The notes under the pieces: model-generated
Told to the model about the DNA's origin: nothing
Seen by the model: only the letters and a program-made list of their open reading frames with translations
Database searches by the model: none
Translations under genes and position numbers: made by a program
From: Trichoplax sp. H2
Lineage: Eukaryota
Direction of reading: 5' to 3'
Length of the DNA: 64,000 nt
Assembly: GCA_003344405.1 (NCBI GenBank)
Contig: NOWV01000197.1
Span: forward strand, 1-64,000
Shown here: piece after piece, positions 28,448 to 39,400 of the stretch
Layout of the letters: the number at the start of each line of letters is the position of its first letter
How positions within the stretch are numbered: the stretch's first letter is position 1

Positions 28448-30401
28448 GACTCTATGTCGTTTCTCTTGGGAGTATTGATTGATTGCTGGTAGACGATGAT
28501 ACGACACTTGCTTGATAATTACCTTTCTTTGCAATTTTCTTCTACCTGTATCAAAATAAACGCGTCCAAGTTGAAAATGATGCTAGCTTTGGATTGGATC
28601 GAAGCTGCATGTCTGCTGTCCAGTGGACAGTACTCGTATCTATTTTATCAAGCTTGATTGGGTACTTACGTCCACTCAGCGATGACGGTGGTTGCTGCTT
28701 TTCTACCTCGATCAATTGACTACAGTACAGTATAATCTTGCTCAACGATTACCTCTCATTAAAGCACTAATTCTGTTTTCACAACATTGAAGTAGGTCGA
28801 TGATCAGCTATCCTCGATTCAATCTCTAGCTGGTGCGTAGAAACGTCAGTTGGTGCAAATCCAGCGTTACTACGCTGTCGAGATCGAAGTACCGTAATTA
28901 GGCGGAGTGAGTACTGTAACGCCGTACAGTACTGTACCGTCCATTGTCCAGTCCTGTCCAGTACTACCCCAAGTCAAGCCCAGTGTGTCCAGTACAATGT
29001 ACTGTGGAGTGTCCAGTACAATGTACAGTACGATGTGAGCCAGTTCTCTTTAGAGTGCTATTAGGCAAAATAAATTGTAGTAAAGCAGCAAAATTTGCCT
29101 AAAATTCTATGCATACAGATAGATGAAATTCAGCTTTATATTCGTATAATTCTTGTTACATTTTTATTCTCTCTCGTGATTTTAGGGCACCTGAAAGTAC
29201 AGTACTCTGATTCGAACTGGTTCACACTCTGTACTGTACAGTACAGTACACTGTACAGTACAGTGAGTACACTGGTCGACTACTACTGTAGAATTATTAT
29301 CAGACAATCAATACTGAATGGAAAGCAAACTAAGCAGCCAAAGACAAAAATGTTCGGGACACTATACTGTACGGTATAATAGAATTTGACAGCCTAATAC
29401 AGTACTGTATTAGGCTATTTTGCCTGTCCTTAGTGCAGAAGTCATCTTGTAGTGTCTGTCCCAGTGCAGAAGTCCATGCATAGAGACATCCTCATACTGT
29501 ACAGTGTACACTAGAGAGTCTCTAGTATGTAACTCCAATGCTATGGAATGTAACAACTCTTAATCAGTATTTGCTTATTAAGCTTAAAAATCCCTTAGTT
29601 TTTGAAAAAAATTTCTTCTTAAAGATAGTACTAAGCGTTCGAAGGGTTAAGAAAGAAAACTCTTCAACTCCCTACAGTAAAGAAAAAAAACATCTCAACT
29701 CCCTAAAGTCAAGAAAAAAAAACTCTTCAACTCCATGATTCTTTCTCACTGTTGAGACCATGCAGTACTACAGTATACAGTACAGTATACTGAGCGTACA
29801 GTGTACAGTACAGTACAGACCCTCTATCTTGGAGATTCACAGTGTGGTCGTGAGGGGAAGATAAGGCCTAGAGAGAACCATGGTGTCCAATTTGAACAAT
29901 AGATTGTCACGTCTCTCATACAGTACAGTACTGTACTGTACAGTGTACAGTACAGTACTGTAGAGGGTCTCTAGTGTACAGTGTACAGTACAGTATATCA
30001 ATGTACAGTATTTTGTCACTTTGAAAAGCATCAAGCAGTGAACTTAACTATAATCAGAAGACTGTCAACTGTAGCTTTAGTTTATACTGTACACTGTACA
30101 GTACATTATTATTATGTATTGGTATGATCTGGTATTACTGTACTGGACTCATTTTCAACGGCAGCAAACGTCACCACACACTACAGTACAGTTCAGGACA
30201 AGTACTGGACTGGACTGTACAGTACAGTATACTGTACAGTACAGTATGCACTGTACAGTACACAGTACTATACTAAAGACTCTGCTGTGCAGAACTCAAT
30301 ACTTACTGGACACAATTGCACATGCGTTCACTCATTCGTCGGATAAGCTTCAGCTAGCAATGAAGACGTAGACAAGAGGAAAAAATGGCTAATTGTCTAA
30401 C
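28448..30401. promoter_or_regulatory. Divergent (head-to-head) intergenic/promoter region between RTRAF and the MIA3-like gene
   Basis: Lies between two oppositely oriented start codons. 28540-29040 is GC/CpG-richer than the flanks. TSS not determinable from sequence. Confidence 0.5.
28908..30272. repeat. Clusters of mixed-orientation CAGTA/CTGTA/CAGTGTA/CACTGTA units
   Basis: 29919-29962 reads TA CAGTA CAGTA CTGTA CTGTA CAGTGTA CAGTA CAGTA CTGTA. Further clusters at 28925, 29232-29265, 29765-29817, 30085-30103 and 30214-30270. Confidence 0.9.
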
Positions 30402-33400
30402 ATGCTATTCTATTTAGTGGCGTTAATACTAGTCTCCAATTTATTTCTATCACACAATAATATCCATAATAAATTGGGCTTAGCCACAGGTAGGTTTGCA
30501 ATCAATAGAAAGTAGCATAGCATCATTAAAATGCGATCCAACTTCAAATTCGTCATGTTTATTATCCTCATGGATCATTCATCACCAATAAACTAGTAGC
30601 ACCATCATCGATCTTGTCTTCATTCATCGATCAAATAAATACAATTGGTCAAATCCTATTCTAGTTACACAGTTACACTAGGTTGGCCAAGTTAAATCTC
30701 TAGTTCTAAAATAGCCCATCGGTTAGCGTGTTCTACTTGGATGATGGACGAGGGTATCGCCAGTGGAATTCAGGCCTTTTTTATCACTAGGCTACGTGTC
30801 ACTTTGATTGATTGAAAGACATCATATCCCAACATGCAGATACTGTATGAATAAATACCTATTCCAATCAGGATCATAACCATTATTGATCCCCAATTTT
30901 TCTTGTTAGACTATCCCAAAGTCAATGAATACACTTATTAAAATGACACAAGTTATGCTATCATGATGGGAAGAATTGTTCAACTAGGCAGTTGCCTTTT
31001 TTCAAGCGTTTAATTGAATTGGACGATGTTGCTTCTGAGTGGTGGTCAACTAGGCTACTTTCCCTATCACTGCAGGTTGCTCCTTGTCTTGTCATACTGA
31101 ATATAATTTAATTACATTAAAGTACGAGTGATGCAAGTGAAACTTACTATGGAGCTATTTCCACTACCTCTCTACTGTTTGTTATTCTATGACCATACTT
31201 ACAAAGTAGAACAAGTGTAAATAGTAAACACTCAATATTACTTGCCACTGTCTTAACTGAAATCAACACATGGATGTTATCCATGCCAGCTTATAGACTC
31301 ACAGTTGAATTCAATCATGATGATAGTGATATCGGCTTAAACTTGACGCTATCCATACTTTAGTAAGCGACGAACCAGATGATACTTCCAACTTTTACAA
31401 TTGCATAGGAGTCAGTACACATTGAAATCAAAAACACAAACCTCGTCGGTTTATATTCAATTCGGAGATCTATTCCAAGTATCGAAACAAGATGAAATCA
31501 TAAAGGATACTGTAGATAGTCGACTAATTGAGAAGACCATAATAGTATTACTTCGTAGTACTGTACTAGTAAGCTACATTGACAGATGCCTACCCCGCTC
31601 AGTATCGTATCGATCAAGAGAATCCAACTTTCATTCAATACAACTATACACGTAGAAATACTTGTTAGAAATTTGCGCCATCACTATATTGAAAATGTCA
31701 AAATACAGCTGTTACAAAGTAAAGCATACGCATGAAAGGATTAAATTAAAATAGACCGACAAGACATCATGATAGCGTTGCCACTCTTTCCTGAAGCTTG
31801 ATAAACAAAAATTTGTACTGAGGAGAAATTGTATCTTTCCTCTGCCAAATTCGTTTTATTCCATTAGTTTAAATTTATGTCATAGCTGAAGTTTTCATCA
31901 TCTGCAGTTAAAGCATAAATTGGACTTGTGGAAATTCTTTTATTCATCATGCTCATTCATTACCTTAATGTTGCCTACTCTAAATAAGACCTCGCCAATT
32001 CAGCTGTACAGTCTTTTACGCCACGTTTTACTGTATTTCATTGAAGCATTGAAGATGGTAACTAAGTATAGGACATAGATCCATTACAATAGGAAGTAAC
32101 CGTATTTTTTGCATATAGAATCTCTTGGGCAAGGCCTTGTTTTTATTTCAAATCTATTATTCAAACGCATATTTACTAATTTTTAGGTGAGGTAGTTGCC
32201 AATAATCATACAGCTAAGAAGGAGGCTAGCGATATAGGCCAGACAAGAAAAGAAGACGAATCAACTGGCAATAATCCAATAAGTAGTAATAAAATAGCAG
32301 AAAACACAGAAACTTCCAGTAATAATGATAAATTAGGCAAGGTTGATAGAGAAAAGATGTCATCGAAATTGAAGGAGCTATTTCGCAACGCTAAACTGTC
32401 CAAGAATATGAACAAACAGTTAGGTCTGGACGAAGATGATAGCGTGAATAAAGACAGAGATAAAACGATGAAAGAGGATAAAAGTAGATATGTTAATAAA
32501 GATCCAGATGGCAATTCTGTTGAAAATAGCCGAGTAGCTGATATTTCTCGACGTTATACCAAAGACCTGCCATCATCATCCAATGATACAACCTCAGTTG
32601 ATGCTCAAGGTAATAAAATTTAGTTATGGGTTATCATAAAATGCTATCCAAAGTAGACCCTGTAAATAGCACCTATGTAATGGTTTTAACGCAGTCTGTT
32701 AACTGTGATAAAATGAATGACACATAGTGCAAATTTTAGACCTTAGAACGTCTGTATTGGCTAAAAATACCTTCACCGAACATTTCTCTAATATTACAAC
32801 CACAACGAATAATGATGACATTAAATCTTTGTTAATCAATCAAAAATTATATTATGTATAGAATGCTACATTAATAGTAAGGATATTAATAAAACTGCCA
32901 ACTTATTTCTATTTCAGCCAATTACCTAGTAATAACTACAACTGATAATACGATGGATAACACGAATAGCTTATCCATTATGCATCAGTCGAAGGAAACC
33001 GATCAAATAGGCAAGTATTCGAAATTGAAGAATACGCTTATAATTAATATAATCAGTCCTTTTTTAACTGCCATATGACAATGGTACAGGCTGGCTTTTG
33101 GCTAATAGCGTTAATTCTGAATTGACAACTAGTTGAAATTTTTATACTCGTATGATAGTAACTATTTACCTTGTTAACGTTGTCGATATTTTACATTGTA
33201 GATATCAATGCAACTTTAGTTTCAACAATAGAAGAGTCGACGAAAGATATATCATCTCAGATATCGGATTCTGTTAGTTATTCAGGGGAAGAACGCGATA
33301 CTAGTGAGTATAAACAGAATTACATTTAATAGCATAAGCACAAGCAAATTTCAGCTATCTTCGTTAACGAAATATCGGTAGTCTTGATCGAAAGAATTCA

Positions 33401-36400
33401 CAGTTCCAAATATCTTACTTTCCACTAATGTATTATAGGCAAAAGTGCCACGTCTACTGGAACTAGTATCGACGATGTATCAAGCACCAACACTCAAATC
33501 AAGGATACGAGTAGTCCTGTAGAAGATACTAGCGATACGGGTACGCATACTCTATCAACATGCAGTATTATTTACCAGCAAATTTCGACTATGTTTGTTA
33601 ACGAAATATCGGTAGTCTTGATCGAAAGAATTCACAGTTCCAAATATCTTACACTTCACTAATGTATTATAGGTAAAAGTGCCACGTCTACTGAGACTAG
33701 TATCGACGATGTATCAAGCACCAAGACTCAAATCAAGGATACGAGTAGTCCTGTAGAAGATACTAGCGATACGGGTACGCATACTCTATCAACATGCAGT
33801 GTTATTCACTAGCAAATTTCAGCTATCTTTGTTAACGAAATATCAGTAGTCTTGATTGAGAAGATTCACATTTCCAAATAACTAACACTCCACTAATGTA
33901 TTATAGGTAAAAGTGCCACGTCTACTGGGACTAGTATCGGCCATGTATCAAGCACCAACACTCAACTGGAGGATATGAGTAGTCCTGTAGAAGATACTAG
34001 CGATACGGGTACGCATACTCTTTCAACATGCAATGTTATTCACCAACAAATTTCGACTATCTTTGTTAACGAAATATCGGTAGTCTTGATCGAAAGAATT
34101 CACAGTTCCAAATATCTTACACTCCACTAATGTATTATAGGTAAAAGTACCACGTCTACTGAGACTAGCATCGGCCATGTATCAAGCACCAACACTCAAA
34201 TGGAGGATACGAGTAGTCCTGTAGAAGATACTAGCGATACAGGTACGCATACTCTATCAACATGCAGTATTATTTACCAGCAAATTTCGACTATGTTTGT
34301 TAACGAAATATCGGTAGTCTTGATCGAAAGAATTCACAGTTCCAAATATCTTACACTCCACTAATGTATTATAGGTAAAAGTGCTACGTCTACTGGGACT
34401 AGTATCGACGATGTATCAAGCACCAAGACTCAGCTGGAGGATATGAGTAGTCCTGTAGAAGATACTAGCGATACGGGTACGCATACTCTATCAACATGCA
34501 GTGTTATTAAAATAAAAATCATTCCCTGAAGTAATGGCCTAATTTTTATAGCTATCATTTTATCGCTTCTATGATTGATTTAGTGTATGATGCCCTCCTT
34601 TATATTACGTGCTCAAAACTTTAAAAATCTGTCTTTACACAGTCAATAATGTACCTATTGAAAAATTAAATAGTGTTTCGCACAAGCAAGTTTCGTAGAG
34701 TTTCCTAATATTATCAAGATGACCTCATGGTTTAACCTACTAAAAGATTTAATTCTTAACCCTATATTTGTTACTGATTTACTCTGTTTTATCTTTAAAT
34801 TAAATAATCATGACTACAACATACTGATTTAAGAAACTTTATAAACATTCATATTTTAACTTTTTATTTGAAATTTGCATTTGCGTTCTTGCAATAGTAC
34901 CATATACTTCCCCAAGTCTTCCTGTTACCAAATTTGTTCTGTGTCAAAACTGATCTGGCTACGGATACCTCAAGTATTCCAGATGATACTCAAGATGATT
35001 CCAAAACCTTCAAAACAGGTATTTTACCGAGGTTATTTTATGATGCATTAGCGCATAACTTCATATAATAGTATTCTTTGTAATGCCATAACTATTCGTA
35101 TTTTTATTCGTACAAATCTTGACCTTCGCATTCATGAATGATATGATTAAGATGTTTACACCTAGCCGTTAATAGTTCTTTGAAATCGCTAGTAGTAAAA
35201 CTCTTTACAATTGTTCGATTTGTATACTTTGAAACAGTATTAGTAGTGCGTTAGCTTAGCTGTTAAAAGTCAGAATTTGCACTTGTAATAAACTAAGGAA
35301 GAAGTTTCATTTCCGAAAGGATGGTGATAAGTACATATGTGTCATTTTCTTATAGAAGACGCATACAGATGCATACCTTCAGTCCAGTTATTGAGTTTTT
35401 ACCCTATGTATTCTGTAGATAACAGATATAAGAAAGAATTTATATGGTACTTCAGCTAGAATTCGATTTCTATGTTAAATTCGTTCACTGTATAATTGAT
35501 AAATGAGTAAAATCATAGAATCAATTACAGCACATACTACGCCATTTGCATTCCTTCTTTCATACTAACGACTACGGGAAACCCCACGGCTAGTTACATT
35601 TATGTGATTTTTCTCAACTACTATAAATAGCTACACATTTGATTGTATCTGTTTATTCGTAGAAAATACAGAGAATATGAGAACACGCGATCGTTCTACG
35701 GAAGAAAGACCCACTACTGTCAGCGAAACACTTACGAGTAAAGAGTTTTCTTCGTTAACAACTAGTATATACTATTGACGAAATACTGTAATGAATTTCA
35801 ATGATATTGCTTTCCCTAAATATTATCATTAATTACAGTACGTATCTTCTAGTTATATTTTCAGACAGTACTAATTATAAGCAAGAAAGCGATGTAACTG
35901 ACACTAGCCAAATTATTGATACTATCGAATCAATAGCAGATAAAACGTTTTGGTCAACTGGTATAAGCGATTTTATTATGTATCGATTCAGTGACAATTC
36001 GTCATTAATTCAGCTTCGATTCCCTAACTGTATTCTTGTTTATACTTGTTACAGAAAAAGTAGAAGATACATATAAGAGTGCGTATTTAAAGGAGGAATT
36101 TATTTACGAAGCTCCACCAACAGATTTAGATCATATTACTGCGTCTACAACGAGCGGTATTGCAATAATTTATAATATAAGAATAGGTAACTTGTACTCC
36201 GCTATCAAATCATTAGTTGTAATTTTACTTTATAGAAATTTCCGAAATTCAACAGAAATCTAGTACTCAAGGTATGTCTATTACCAAAACCCAAAGCGAA
36301 TAAATTATTGGTGCTGCTACACGGTGTACCGTCACGGAATATTAATGCAGTACTGTTTACCAGTCCTTTGAACAATTAATGCCGTGTAAAGTTGATCTTT

Positions 36401-39400
36401 AAACGGAAATATTTTTTACCCAATTTGATTAGATACCTCGTGGTCCACCACGTCAGAGGATGCAGAAACCACTACTACAGAGAATGAAGAAGCTAAGAAA
36501 CTTACGTTCGTATTTTGTTCATTCTACTTTAAGAACTAATAGTACTATTTACATTTCTCAGTTTCTTACGTAACCTTGCTTATCACAAAATTTCAGTACA
36601 ACTGATGATGAACCGTATACAATCACTACATCGCCAGATCTAGAACTTGATAACGTTGTAGCTTCAGCACAAGGTAACATTAAGTGACTTCTATCAGTAT
36701 TTGATCGGTGCTTGTTCGATACCGTTAATGTAATGTTACTTCACGTAGTGAAAATACGCAGAATAACAATTTCAAATCGTCTTAGTATGTAAGTAATCAA
36801 ATCAGTGATGGCTAACTGTTCCGCCCATTCTTATCTAGAAGAGGAAATTGTAAGCACTGAAACTAGAGACATTGCTGGTTTATCAACTGTAGCTCAAACA
36901 AAAGATGCTCCAAGTTCTCCATCGATGGATCAGAGTATACCCCCTACTGTACCTACCAGACAAACGTCGCTGCTTGATATGGTAAATTATATACAGCAAA
37001 TACTATACATTAAATAGGATTGCGGAATGTGTCTGAAATTGGCATATTACATTAAACATCCCAAATATTCAACATTACTCGTTAAATTAAAAGATGATTA
37101 ATTTCTTACAGATATTTACATTGGATAAATCGATCATCCAGCAAGTCAAGAGTTTATCTCAGGTAAATTATTATTTTAAAATATGCACAGATGCATGTTA
37201 CTTTTTGTTGAGAATCGCATCACTAGCAGCTACTAATACTGAATAAGTTAAAGTTTTGGATAGTACAGTAACTATAATTGATTGACATAAACTGTTTCCA
37301 TGAAATATGTACTGTACTACTTAAGTTAAGTCATCACTATCGATTGGTATGCTTTCGGATCTAATTGGTGATTCGATTGCAGTCATTTAATTCTGAGAAG
37401 AACAGTAAACAGGTAGTAGGATATGGCTGTTCATCATCGACTTGTACACTACCCATAATGTTCTATATGATACTGACAGTGCTTATGCTGCACTTAACAG
37501 TACATGTGCTTTAGCAAGGAAAATTCTATTATCTGTAGTACTTTGTAATTCGTAATTATGATATAGACATTGATATCGGAGAATCATGCACATGATTTGT
37601 TGCTTGCATACCAAATTGCTTGTAATAAGCTTATTAGAATCATTCCTAGACAATGAAGATAGCCTAGTTGTCATCGCATTAGGCCAAATGTTATGTCATC
37701 CATGATTATGACCGCATGCATCCGTTGAGTGAAGACGAAGCACATGATTGATAGTGTTGGGATCCAGATGTGCAGGGGCGTATAACTACCCTAACATGTA
37801 GTATAGGGTGCATATCGCTATCTCAATTCATTTTTGCTCTGTAGAAGACTGAATTACTGTCAGCATCATGTTGTAAGCTAATTTAAACCCCGAAACGTTT
37901 AATCGTACGAACCTTCGAGGTAATACAGGGTCAGGTCTAAATACAGCACAATGGGAAAATGGAAAATAAATGGACAATCCAGATTGGTACTATTTCTAAA
38001 TTTCCAAATCTAAAGTAGATACACATTACGAAATAGATGGACTCTATGCCTAATTTACTAATGGAAGTTCCAACGTCTGCCTCTTAAACTGTAGCTAAAG
38101 CCTTCTAAATAAACCAAATAATTAATTTCATCGAATAAATAAATTAGAAAAGTCTCCCCAACGGTGACCCATTTCATGCTACGGTACGGTACAGTCTTTT
38201 TCTTCACAGTGCATGTACTGTGCACTGAGCATGAATGAAAAGTGGGAAACAGATGTAGGCATGCGCAAGAGCAACAAGATCAATTCGTTGTCCCATCTAC
38301 TCTTTGTTCATGCAGTATGGCAGCGATTGTCTTGAATTGTAGTAGCCATCGCTGATTTGACTGTGAATAACGCTTTAATTTATCGAGCTCTTAATTGATT
38401 AATTGGATAGCCAGAAGTAGATTATCTCGTTTAGGCGTAGCTTTTGTTGACGCTGTGTGATTCTCTCCATCATAGCAATAAACGCAGTCCAGCATAGTTA
38501 GATCCAAATTGTCTACTAGCCGTCCTATTTGCAGCTAAAACTAGATCATTTGTGTAGAGTTTCGACAGTGATAGCTTCAGAAGTAAAGAAGTAGCGATCT
38601 ATATGCCAAGTAATTGGTGCAGTTCAAGTAGGTATTTTTCTTATACTGAATGTGTAATTATAGATAGCTACTTTAAATCACCAACGCATTATAGCTTTTT
38701 ATCCTACACTGACGGGTGACTACCGATAGATCTTTTTATGACAGCACGTCTCAACTATCCTAGATACGTAAGCAATATTAGACAAACGTATGAATTGACT
38801 TACAGGTTATAGAGATCATCGTTTATATACTTGATGATATACTGTACTACAGCTTTCATTGGCCATTGAGTCATTGACTACGTTTTTGTGTGATTTTGTC
38901 GATGTTTTATGAATTATGAGTAAAGTATGTTGTTTTGTTTGCGTTGAAACCCAAGCTTTTTTTTTGGTTCAATCGTACATTACATAGATTGACTAAATTA
39001 AATAGATTAAAATGAATTACACAATGTTGTAGTTGATACGTTAGGTTTACGAATTTTATTTCGAGATGATTATTTTCATCGAATCGAATAATATGAAAGC
39101 CACATGTTAACGATGATGCGCTAGCACTAACTTATAGTTAACAACAGCTCCTTGCCATTATTTTAATTGCGATATCTGAGTCATGTAGTGTACTATAAGT
39201 GTAATTATAGTTATCAGACTAGTATATTGTGTGAGAATGGATCTTCTTAGCTAACTAGCATACTTATAATTATGTGAATAAGCTGTATTAAATTAACGTG
39301 CACTACCTTTTTTGACTAAAATTTCTAGATGGAAGCTTTCGCTGACATTTTGCAAACTTTGCCGCCAGGATCTATCATTGCAGCCATAGTTAGCTTATTT

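Noticed and set aside
29095..30371. ORFs rich in TVQYSTV (29095, 29837, 30114)
   Set aside because: They are translations of the CAGTA/CTGTA arrays, not proteins.
31022..31080. SH3-like words in the first MIA intron (DDVASEWW in one frame, GQLGYFP in another)
   Set aside because: The words are in different frames and overlap, with no suitable splice sites. The actaggc motif recurs nearby as non-coding sequence. Likely chance, though a decayed SH3 exon cannot be fully excluded.
32206..32514. Hydrophobic Leu/Ser-rich minus-strand ORF
   Set aside because: Antisense shadow of the Lys/Asp/Asn-rich MIA exon.
33344..34508. Regular repeat array as a possible CRISPR
   Set aside because: No unique spacers; it is a 234-bp exon-intron tandem repeat in a eukaryotic gene.
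37690..37935. GC-richer intronic stretch with short hairpins, possible snoRNA/ncRNA
   Set aside because: No convincing C/D or H/ACA box arrangement could be read; a covariance-model search would be needed.
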